From Camelus dromedarius (lineage: Eukaryota): a DNA stretch of 64,000 bases. Where the stretch lies: contig NC_087464.1 in NCBI RefSeq assembly GCF_036321535.1, forward strand, positions 12,028,001 through 12,092,000, written 5' to 3'. The notes below the pieces were generated by a model. It ran no database searches, was not told the origin of the DNA, and saw nothing but the letters and a program-made list of their open reading frames with translations. Shown piece by piece: positions 49,336 through 60,223 of this stretch; within the stretch, counting starts at the first letter, position 1, and every line of letters begins with the position of its first letter. The position numbers and the translations under genes were made by a program.

Positions 49336-50580
49336 GCTGACCCATCTGTAAATCAACTTTGGGCTTTTTCCTCCTTCAGCTAGTCGGACAGGCTCCTGGA
49401 GAGGCATGAGCTGAGAAGGAAGTCATGAGGATCCATGCCATCTGGTCATGTAGCTTGCTTGTACCCTCTGGGCCAACTGTTGTTCAGTTTCATACCACTC
49501 CATTTCATGGTGGGCGGCTGCTAGGACAACCCAACCTGAGGGCATGTTGGGTCTGGCGGACGTGGACCATGATGAAAAATTCTGAACTCATGGTCAACTG
49601 GTGTTCCACAGTCAGGGGTTCCATCTCTCCCAGAAGCTGTGTACAAATGCTATGGCCTTGCAGAACCGTAGGTTTTGCATTGTGGTTATTTCACTGGAAT
49701 TCCCCATTTGCTTCACACAGCATCTTTGCCCACCACCAATAATTCAACAGCATGGGTTCTGCTGGGTCATATGGCTCAAGTAGAAAGGCTGCTTAGCCTG
49801 TAGATTAGACTTGCTGCAAAGTCCTTTCTGGCTTTGGCTCCACTCAAATTACACAGTATTTCATTTCACCCAGTCCATGGGCTGGAACAGTACTGCAAAG
49901 TGTGGAATATGATTCTTCCAGTACTTGACAGAATCTACCAGTGTTTGTCAAGCACTGAGCTTCTTTCTTTCTTCATGGTGGGAGATATAAGATGCAATAC
50001 TTCATCTTTTGCTTGGAAGATGTCTTGGCATGCCCCTGACCACTGTACCCACCCATCCCCCCAAAACGGTATTGATGGGGCTGACCCTGAATATTCATGG
50101 TCTACCTTTTACCTTCAGAAGCACATGTGTCCTACCAAAGCATCCAGCATGCTAGCCAATTCTTTCTTATCTGACCCCATTATCGCAATATCATCAATGT
50201 AGAGATTAGACTAGATGTGCTGCTCTGTGGGATGTTCAAAACATCCATATGTCTTCTATAAGGAGAGTTCATACATCCCTGGGACAAAATTATGAATGCA
50301 TATTGTCGCACATTCCATGTGAGTGTAAACTGTTTCAAATCCTCTTTTCCAATTAAAGAATTCATTTATCAAATCAATGGCCACATGTACCTGAGGCCAT
50401 GTGAATCTGAGCTAACAGAGTCAATACATCTGGCATGACAGCTGCAGTTGGGGCTACTGCTTGGTTGAGTTTGTGGTAGTTTATTGTCATCTTTCAGGAT
50501 CCATCTGGTTTCTTCCAGGGGCCAGGCTGATGAATTAATTTGAGGTATGATGGAGATCACACACACTGACATCTTTAGAT

Positions 50581-50796
50581 CAGGGGTGAGTAAACCTTTT
50601 CTGCCAAGGGCCAGGTAGTAGGTATTTTAAGCTTTGTGGCCGTACACTCTCTAACTACTCAACTTTGCTACTGTAGTGCAAAAAGAGCCACGGATGATGT
50701 GTAAACAAGTGAGTGGCTGTGGTCCAATAAAACTTTATTTAGAGAAACAGATGGTGGGCCAGATTTGGCCTGCGGACTGTAATCTGTCAACCCCCG
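50581..50796 (+). mobile_element. MER58A, full length, inserted at the start of the ERV-L RT
   Basis: TIRs caggggtgagtaaac / tgtcaacccccg; TSD ctttagat (50573-50580) / ctttaggt (50797-50804). Confidence 0.9.
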
Positions 50797-50888
50797 CTTT
50801 AGGTCTTTAAGAGTGTCGCCAATTCCTGGCATCCATTCCAGGATGTGATCCTGTTTTTGATTTGCTGTCTTGTTTTGGAGGGGGAGGC

Positions 50889-51391
50889 TGTGTCAGGCCA
50901 AGCAGTCAAGCAGTTCATAAGCTTTGCTTTCTGCACGTCCATGAATTTGATTGGTAGGAGAACAATATGGCAAGATAAATTTAGATAATCTATTAGTCAT
51001 GGCATAAAATGTTTGCATGGATTCCCACTGGCCCCCGAGCTCCATGGAGCGATGTGGAGTAGGCTTAATGAATGCTACACACACACATACATACACACAC
51101 GTAAGTCACAGCCAAGAAACACCGAGCTTAGGGAATGCTGAATCTTACATGAGGCTGCTGGCAAACGTGCCCATCCTTCTCTCCAGAGAAAGATTAGGCT
51201 TATTACTCTGGAAGTTAAGAAAATCTTCTGGGAGGAGGGACGTTTTATCATCTTGGAATGTGTCTGAGAGTCTCTATCTTGGAGACACTAAGATTGCTTC
51301 TAAGATTGCCTGTTATAGAAACAGTCTTATAGTGTGCTTGGCTCAGAGGATGAGCAGAAATGCCATAATTATGGAGAATTACCTTGAAACA
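50889..51391 (-). mobile_element. MER76-like ERV-L solo LTR inserted between pro and RT; contains a (CA)n repeat
   Basis: TG...CA termini (TGTTTCAAGGTAATTC...CTGACACA); cattccctaagctc; flanks rejoin the KPW/LPL linker. Confidence 0.7.
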
Positions 51392-52902
51392 AGGATACAT
51401 TTCCAAGGCTTCCCCTTGGTCTTCCCCACTATGATAGTTCTCACCCCACTGTATAGGGGTTGCACCAACTACCATATATGTTAATCCCAAATATGCCCCC
51501 AGAATTGACAGTAGGTGGGTCCACGGGCCCCGTGGATACACTGTAAGCCAGCACTTGCCCGGGACTCTGCTTGTTCCCAGGCCCCCATGAGCCCCTGACT
51601 CTAACAGAGGGAGAAGGGTAGCGATGCTTTAGGCTTCTGAGTGTCAGTGCTAACTCAGACCTACGTCCAACAGTCCTCCAAATGTTTGAGTATTCCCTTT
51701 CCCCAGTGTACAGCTGCCCGAGTAGATGGCTGTGGGTCCCTCTGAGGAAGGACTGTGGAAGTCATTGTGGTGTGTTATTGCCATGGTGCTGCAGGCTCCT
51801 TCCTCCTGGGACTAAGCCACCTCTCCAGACAAATAGGTCTGAGCCTGAAAACTGGCTCAAATAAGGAATCTAGGTCAGGGGGTGTGATATTTTATTGGGG
51901 TGACTGTCTTCAGCCTTCTGTTTATCTATCCTTGGTTTCTTCTGGTGGTTCAAGCTAAATGGTCCCCTTGTTGGATGCCCATCTGTCTTACCTCCAGCGA
52001 CAATATGTTCTGTTACTTGTCTGCATAATGTTCTGAATTTTTTTGTGGGTCTAGCTCTCCCTTGGATGCCACTCCTACCCTGCTACTTATCACAAGAAGT
52101 GTGTCCACCTGGCCTTTATTGTTCCAGGGCCCTACCACCCTCATTCCTCTCAGTGTGATGAGCTCTGTAATAGCCTCTCCCACCACCAGCCATGCCTTAC
52201 AGAGGAGAGCCAACACTGAACTCTTTAGCGATGCTAGTGTCCTCCAACCACTGACCTTAGGGAGTGGTACCGTTTTTGAGACTTCCTTGGAACATGTGCT
52301 GAAACATCCGTCTTTACATTGTGTGTCCACCCCATCCCGCCCACTTCTCTGAGCCTTTCGCTTCCTTTCTCCAGCATCTGCCATGACAGTTACAGCATTT
52401 CAGCTTCACTGAGCATGAGCCATCACTGTTCCAGGCTTCTAGGTGCCGTCTTACTAACACTATCTCCTGGGGTCCTGGCTAGGGTGCATCTTGAGTACTT
52501 CTATATAAAGTCTTGAGCCTGGGCTTCAGTTTTCTTTGTCTTCTCGCTACAGGGGACCAAAGCTTCCTTGTTGGCTACCAGGGAAGACCTCTGGATTTCA
52601 CACTTGACTTTTGATAGCTTTTGACGACTTTTTTCTGGAGTATCAATGGGGCTTAACAATAGCATCCAATCCATTGTTTTTATAGTTACTATGCCTCATC
52701 CCTACTGCAGTACACTCTTCTGATAAGTTGCACCCGCTGATGCGTCCCTTCAGCTGGTTTACCATCCCAATTCATCAAAAGCGAGAATGTGAACAACCGG
52801 ATTTCCTGCATTTCTCCTGCCTCCAGTCATGAGGTCCTCACTGACACTCAAGCAGCTAGGAATCCCCCGCCAAAACTTCAGCCTAGTGCCTGCTTGCTTG
52901 GA

Positions 52903-52917
52903 CCACTCCCAGTACCA
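52903..52917 (-). other. Retroviral primer-binding site (tRNA-Leu type)
   Basis: TGGTACTGGGAGTGG directly after the 5' LTR; 13/15 match to ERV-L PBS TGGTACCAGGAGTGG. Confidence 0.8.
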
Positions 52918-52919
52918 AT

Positions 52920-53316
52920 TATCCCAGGTTGGGTCCTTTTGAACTAGACACTGAGATGGGAATTTTTAACAGGGCCCAACACCTGTGAGAGGCAACATGA
53001 CTGGAGAAAGGAAGGAGCAAGATTAGCATGTAGGCTTGGTAAAGCCCTGGCCAACCCCCGAGAGAGCTCTGAAGAGCCCATGATCCATCAGATTTGTTCC
53101 CTACGGAGCTGGAATGGCCAGGCATTGGTGATGAGTCCCTGGGCACGGACTCCTCTGGGAAGGGCATGGTCTTGAGCAAGGTAGTGCTCAGGACCTGGGG
53201 CAAACGCTGAAGGATCTGACATCTGGAGCTGTCCGCTGACTCCACCTCCAGCAGCAGTGGGCAGCAAGTCTTCCCTTGAATGGGCATCTAGGTGAGCCCT
53301 CGCCACACCCACTACA
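52920..53316 (-). mobile_element. LTR16-like 5' LTR
   Basis: Minus strand TGTAGTGGG...cccattcaagggaagacttgctgccc...cacaggtgttg...cccaacctgggata. Confidence 0.85.
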
Positions 53317-54329
53317 CTGCTGGGATGTAATTCCTCATGTTTTCCCTACTGTGTTTATGTATTATTTTTCTAACTAAATTAATAAAAAAGAAAAGAAGAC
53401 AACATTTATTTTTTATTTTAAAGTGAAGTTCAAATCAGATCACCTTTTCCTAATTTGATTATTTGTTTCAACTAACTTGGTGTTAACTTCTAGGGTGTAA
53501 GGTAGCATACAGGATCAAGCTTCCAAACATCTACTTAGAAAGGGGTAAACTCTGTAAGCCAGTTAATCAGTAGATAATGTTAACACCTTTGTGGAACCCA
53601 CCATTGGCTCTCAGCCTCTCTTGGGTTGACTACTTCAAGTGCATTTGGCATCCACACAGGAAGAATTCAGATGTCATGGCCCATAGGATGGCTGGGGTCC
53701 TGGGAAGTAATGCCATCTGATGTCCTTAGGAAGACAGTGAGTGACAGGTAGATCGTAACCCCAGCCCAGTGTGGCACTGACTCGTCCATGTTGTACTCAT
53801 TTTGGGAATTCTTTTTTCTTGGTCTGGCTCAGATGCATATGGCTATCAGAGTCAATACATTTGCACAAATACTGATTTATTAACCTGAAACAATCAAAGG
53901 GAGATAGTGTCTATCTTTCTGTTCCCTGTTATCTCTTTGAATGTTCTCTTTCTGTGAAAGTGCTTATGGAAAAGAATTAGTAGAAGGCCTTTGCTTTTGA
54001 AGATACAAAGACCTGCCTGAGGCCTCATCCCTGCTTCTGTCTAATAAGATCTCTTTTCTAATAAGAAAAGTCACCTCCTGCAAGAGGCTTTGAGGAATAA
54101 TTATAGAATTTAGTTTCTTTGCAATAGCCATGGGAAAACAAACCTAGAGGGAAAAAAACAACCTGAAAAATGGTAAAGGTCAGTCCAGGGGAGGGAAGAT
54201 AACACAGGATTTGGTGACAGACAGCCCCAGGGATAAAGGTTTAAATACCACCTATTTGTATGAGACTTTGGTTAAATCATATAAACTCTCTGGAATTCAG
54301 TTTCTTACTCTAAATAATCAAGATCTGGG

Positions 54330-54890
54330 CAGTGGCCCATTTCTCTGTCCCTTTTCATAGCAAAATGTCCTCAAATGGGCTGTCGATTCTCTGTCTCCAT
54401 CTCCTTTATGCTTATTCTCTCTTCAGCCAACTTCCAACAGTGATCTGCCCCGCCATTCTTCTGAAGTGGCCCCTAGCTGCCTCAGCAATGGCCTCCATCT
54501 TGTCAACCAAGGGGTCCTTTTTCTATTTCCATCTTACCAGCCCTCTCAGCAGCATCTGACTTGGTTAGCCCCTCCTTCCTTTTCAAAGACTTCTACCTCT
54601 AGGCTTTTAGACAATGTACTCTCTTGGGTGGCCCTTCCTTCCCTTGTTTTTGACAGTTTCTTTCTCCTCTGGCCAACTAGGGCCAAGCTCTGAGTCTCCT
54701 CGTATCTTCTGTAGCAACACACTTTCTCTAACGATGTCATCTTGGGGATTCAAGACTTTAAATACCACCTACACGCTGAGGACTTTCATACTTAGATCTC
54801 CAGTCCTGACTTGCCCCTGAATTTCGGTCTAGATATCCAGCTGTTACTTCACATCTCCATTTGGATGGCTCGTCTGCACCTCAGACTCTT
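54330..54890 (+). mobile_element. L2 fragment
   Basis: ccctctcagcagcatctgac; ggggattcaagactttaaataccacctacacgctgaggact; catctccatttggatg. Confidence 0.7.
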
Positions 54891-54929
54891 GTTCCCCCCC
54901 CCCCCCCCGCTGTGCTGGTGGGGAACCCA

Positions 54930-55200
54930 ACATCATACTTTTATCCATTTATCTGTTGATGACACTTAAGTTGCTTCCATGTCTTGGCTAATGTAAATGG
55001 TGCTGCAATGAACATCAAAGTGCAAGTGTCTACTCAAATTAGAGTTTTAATCTTTTACAGATACATGCCCAGGTGTGGGATTCTGGATCATACAGTAATC
55101 TATTTTTAGTTTTTTAAGGAACCTCCATATTATTTTCCATAGTGGCTGCACCAGTTCACATTCTCACCCACAGTGTATGATGGTTGCCTTTTCTCCACAC
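54930..55200 (-). mobile_element. L1 ORF2 3' fragment
   Basis: ttgcttccatgtcttggctaatgtaaatggtgctgcaatgaacat...aggaacctccatattattttccatagtggctgcacc. Confidence 0.85.
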
Positions 55201-55233
55201 TTGAGGTTAAATTTAAAGGGAGTCCAGTCTGCA

Positions 55234-55502
55234 TAGAAGAGGAACTTATAGTTATCAGAGGGGAAAGGGGAGGGGGGAAGGATAAATTAGGAGTTTGAGA
55301 TTAGCAGATACAAACTACTATGTATAAAATAGATAAACAACAAGGCTCTAATGTATAACACAGGGAATTGCATTCAATATCTTGTAATAACCTCTAATGA
55401 AAAAGATGTATCTATATATATAACTGAATCACTATGCTGTACACCAGAAACAAACACATTGTAAATCAACTATATTTCAATAAAAAACAAGAAATAAATA
55501 AA
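55234..55502 (+). mobile_element. 5'-truncated young L1 3'UTR with poly-A
   Basis: Perfect 20-bp TSD TAAAGGGAGTCCAGTCTGCA at 55214-55233 and 55503-55522. Confidence 0.92.
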
Positions 55503-57497
55503 TAAAGGGAGTCCAGTCTGCACAGGCATTGGTTTTCCCCAGCAATGTTCGTGTGGGCCACTGTAGCTCTAGGAGAGCCCAGGTGCAGAACTGCTGACTC
55601 ATGGATCACGGACACTTTACGATTGGTGACCATTGCCAAAGAGCTATGCAAATGTATCGAAATGTTCCCCGCACCTGCTAATATAGTGTTGTATCAAACT
55701 TGTGGCTCTTTGCCATCTGCTAGGTGGAAAAAATTTCTATTTTGTTGTTTTAAATGCAAACTATTTCATTATATGTGAGAATGAATGTCTTTTTGTATGC
55801 TTCTTCTGTGAGCTGCCTATTCACGATGGGGACTACGAATGAATTTGAGGATAGTCATATAAAAAGAAAAATACATTGTCCAAGCTACCAAGCAAAACTA
55901 GAAAATATTAAGGAGGAGGTGCTAATGCCCTGGGGCTAAGTTGAAACACTGGCATCAGAAATGTGACTTTTTTCTAGAAAGCAAGGCTTCCTCTGTCCTG
56001 GCTAGAAGCATTTTGACTGGGGCCACAACCCTCCTCAAAAGCATCCTCCTCCTACCAAAGGGTAGGTACCTGTCAACTGGAGACTGGTACCCAGATTCCC
56101 AGCTCCCACCCCTGTAATCCCATATCCAATCACAGGTGAAATTTTGCCCATGACACAGCCCTAGGGAAACACTGAAATGGAAGGAATAGCAAGAATAAAA
56201 TGAAACAATAAAATAAATCCTCTTGCTTATAGGTTCAGTGGGAACTGTGAATCAGAATTATGCGTTTAGCAGCATAGAAATGATACTAATGAATGCAAAG
56301 CTTATGAATCATACACTTTTAACCCACTGTACAGCTCCTTAAGAGAAAATAAGACTCCTAAATCTGGTAAGTTTGTCTAAACTGAGACCTATGGTGCATA
56401 CACACACTGTGCTGTTGCAAATTTTTAACCTGGAGTATGAAAGAAATAAATCTTTTGGATTTCTTTTCCTTTTTTTTTTTGTGAGTGGAGGGTTATACAT
56501 CGATTCTGTTGAAAGGGGGCAGAGACTTACCCTAAGGCCATGCTTGTAGAGGGGGGAATGGGGCTGACATCAAGGAACACAGGGCGTTAGGATATAATGC
56601 TGGTGTAGAAGCAGACACTGTCCTGAGGGTGTGGCTGTGACCCCGGTATGCAGGCTCATAAGAGGAAAAGAAGTTGGTGTGTTTGGGGACCGGCCAGGAG
56701 GCTGATATGATGGGCATATGGTAAATCAGGGGAAGAAAGAAAGAGACAAGCACAGAGAGGTAGGCAGGGCTGGGCCACATAGGGTCACATTTAGTATGTG
56801 AGCAGTTGGATGAATGATCTCTGTGTCACGATCCAAGTATTCAGGTGCAGGGAGATGAGGAAGGCAGGGAACAATGGGAAGCACCTGCAACGGCAGAGCT
56901 TTACTGACACAGGGAGTGAGGCCTGCAAACTCTCCTCGTGCTTCAGCAGGTATGCGCGCAGCCACAGTGACCGCATCCTAGACATCCTGCTGCCAGCTGC
57001 GTTAAAGCTCCTCCTTCCTGGGAGCTTCCCCACTGAGAGCCCGGTCACTGCACATGTGGGAGGATGTGGTTAGGGGGTTATTCCATTAGCAGCAACAAAG
57101 TAGTGAGTGCTTCTGGAGCTGGGGAAGAGCCCAGGTCTGGGCTTCCTTCAAGCCCCCTAACTCAGTGTCCCATTGCGGGCCACCTTCAGGCCCACGTTAT
57201 CCCATACTCACCAAGGACAGAGCGGGAAGGGCATGGCTGTTTCCAGAATCCTCTTCTTCCAGATGAGGAAACTTGAGACTGAGAGAGGAAGAAATGACTT
57301 GTGTAAGGAAACTCAGGGAGTCACAGGCAGAGCTGACAATTGACCCCAAAGGGAGGGCAACTGGCTGAGAAACTGGTCTTGACCTTGAACCAGGATCGCT
57401 GCTCTTGACCTGAGTGAGTGGGTTCTGTTTCCTCCTTAGCAGTTTTATTGGGCTGAGTTAACAGGAATTTTGTCTCGAGGACAAGGGGTCTGATTTT

Positions 57498-58188
57498 TTC
57501 CCCCTTGTTTCCTTTTCCTTTTTCATTTTTATTTAAAAAATTATATAATTGTTAAGGGTTATACACCATTGATAGTTATTGCAAAATATGGCTCCAGTCC
57601 CCATGTTGCACAATACATCCCCGCAGCACATGTTATATTCAGCAGTTTGTACCTCTAACTTCCCCACCCCTATATTGTACCCAGCCTCTGCCTCCCAATG
57701 GTAACCACTAGTTTCTTCTCTATTTCTGTGAGTCTGTTTCTTATTTTCTGTTGTTATATTCACTAGTTTTATATTTTTAGATTCCATATATAAGTGAGAT
57801 CATACAGTATTTGTCTTACTCTATCTGACTTCTTTCACTTGGCATAATGCCCTTCCAGTCCATTCATGTTGCTGCAAATGGCAAAATTTCATTCTTTTTT
57901 ATGGCTGAGTATACCATTGTGTATCTGTACCACATCTTCTTTATCCAGTCATCTGTTGATGGCCACTTAGGCGGCCTCCTTATTTTGGCAATTGTAAATA
58001 ATGCTGCTCTGAACACTGGAGTGCAGATATCTTTCTGAATTAGGGTTTTTGATTTTTCATTTATATACCCAGCAGTAGAATTGCTGGATCATGTGGTAGT
58101 TCTATTTTTAGTTTCTTGAGAAACCTCCATACTGTTTTCCACAGTGGCTGCTCCAATTTTCATTTCTACCAACAGCGTATGAGGGTCC
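57498..58188 (-). mobile_element. 5'-truncated L1 (L1MA-like)
   Basis: Decayed T-tail then L1 3'UTR/ORF2; 16-bp TSD caaggggtctgatttt (57482-57497) / caaggggcctgatttt (58189-58204). Confidence 0.88.
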
Positions 58189-58699
58189 CAAGGGGCCTGA
58201 TTTTCTTCGTCTCAAGTCAAGGCCACAGCAGGAGCACTAAGGGATATTCTAGGGGACTTCAAATTTAAGGGGTGCACAGAAAATGTCTAGAGTGCATTCA
58301 AGGAGTGAGACCAAGAGGAGAGGGGAAGTTAAGGCAAGGCAGTGACCGGCGGAACCCACAGCATAACGCTCAGAGGAGCTGGGGCCGGCCGTGCAGAACG
58401 TGGTAACTGAGTCCAAATAGATGAAGGGCTGACATGAACAAACAATGCACTCTTGATTTTTATTATTTTCTTCATCATTAATTAATAATCCAATGCCATG
58501 GAGCTTTATGCCATGTTTTATTCCAAATATGCTGGGCTGTAATTCCTTCACATAGGGTTAACTGCCTGGGACCTGAATTATCCTTTAGAAGGAAGAGCCC
58601 CAATCCCAGCTACACATTTTGGGGGCTTTGCCTGTTCCCCAGCCCAGAAGGTTTTATTTAATTGGTCTGGGATGGAGCCTTGTGGGAGTTGGATCATTG

Positions 58700-59050
58700 A
58701 GCAGAGTATTTTTTCCCATCTTGATATTGGGCTTGACCATGGAATGTTACCGGATGTGACATGAGCAGAAGCCTTAAGTGTGCCTAGTTTGGCTCTCACG
58801 CTCCAGTGATGAGTCACAAGAAGAACATCCCCCAGGCAGGTGCTGCTCTAAAGAGTATGGAGCATCCATAAGGCTCACCTGAATACAGCCTGTAGTCCAG
58901 AGTGTTTGTCCAGCTGAGCCCAGCTTAGATCAGCCAAGCTCTAGCCCCCTCACAGACCCGTGAGTGAAGAACCAGTGTTTGTTGTTTTAAGCCACTGAGT
59001 TTTGAGATGTTTGTTACACAGCATCATTACAGCAATGTCTAACTAATACA
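58700..59050 (+). mobile_element. MLT1H/I-like MaLR LTR
   Basis: cagctgagcccagcttagatcagcc...ttttaagccactgagttttgagatgtttgttacacagca...aactaataca. Confidence 0.75.
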
Positions 59051-60067
59051 AGTCCTCAGCCCTAAGAGAGGCTGATTCAATTGATTTGAGTTGAGGTCTA
59101 GGCATTCATTTTTTTCCAAAATGCTGCCCAGGTGATTCTATATGCAGCCAGGGTTGATAACTGCCAATTTGTAATACTACTTTTCTGCCCAGGACTCAGA
59201 TGATGCCATCACGGTTTGAACCGATATTTCTTAAAATCCAGCTTTTGTACCACCTACATCAGAATCCCTGGGGTAATTGGGCACCTCACATGTTTAGACT
59301 GCAGACTCTTGGGCCCCATCCTAGACTAACTGAATCAGACTCTCTGGAGTGGGCCCAGGACTTTGCATTTTTAAACCCCTACCCACCCACCACCAGCTCT
59401 GGCACATTTCAAGAACATTGAATTTTGGGACTGGTTGTTTTAGGTATTCTTCCCCATTTCCCACCTCTCTGCAATAACAGAGTCGATGATAATTGGAACT
59501 TTCTTACTAAAGACTCAAACCATTTCTGCTTGCCTCTACATTTGACTTTAGTCTTTTAAGCCTTTATAGTGGAGCAGGAGAAACAGGCCTTGATCTGATT
59601 TTGATATAATGGAGGAGGTTGGACTACAATTTTTCTTTCAGCTCCCGCTCTCTATGATTCTACACCATTATATTTGTCATATAATCTATGTAGCAATGGT
59701 ATGAAATGGTTCAGCCATTAGCTTATGCAGACAGAATGGTGTCTAAGAGCCTTAAGCAGGAAGTCACAGGCCCCTACGGGTCCTGCCTCAGGCATTAAGC
59801 CAAGCTGAGCACTGGGGCTCCAGACATCTTGGCCTTCAAGGCTGAGCTGTAGGTCCCTCGCACTTGGTCACTCAGATCCTTGTGGCTCTTGTCTGGTTGG
59901 CTTTCCTTACACTGTGCTCCATTTCTGCCCCACTTGGGACTCTTGGCTTTGCAGTCTGAATGCCAATCTTGCTGCTGGTCCTTTGGACTTGAAGTTGAGA
60001 CTGCCTGTCTTCTGAATGAGAAGCTCCCTTTTTCTTGCTGAATCTGATGGGGCTCCAACCTCTAACC

Positions 60068-60223
60068 CAGTGGTTCTCAGTCTCACCTGGGGAACTCGAA
60101 ACAACCTTGATTCAGGCTCCCTCCTCCCAGTAATTCAATCAGAATCTCTAGGGTGGGACAGAGGTGTTAGAATTTTCAAATGCTCCCCAGGGGATTCCAA
60201 AGGGCACCAGGGCTGAGAGCATC
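60068..60223. mobile_element. MER5A-like hAT MITE
   Basis: cagtggttctca...aatcagaatctctagggtggga...ctccccaggggattc...ggctgagagc. Confidence 0.7.

Larger units (their letters stand above)
48712..52919 (-). mobile_element. ERV-L (HERV16/ERV3-16A3-like) internal region: degenerate gag-pro-RT-RNase H, integrase absent
   Basis: gag ASLKSSVLALLC..GEAITEL; pro GPWTH / GVRTIIVGK; RT PQINSSAWP, LSQGCMNSP, YIDDI (about 50180-50200); tether PYDPAEPM, GPEGTSKLH; RNase H FTDGSA, KWPMVRMY. Confidence 0.9.

Noticed and set aside
54930-55522. Twin-priming (5'-inverted) single L1 insertion
   Set aside because: The left TSD copy lies between the inverted and forward pieces, so they are separate events.
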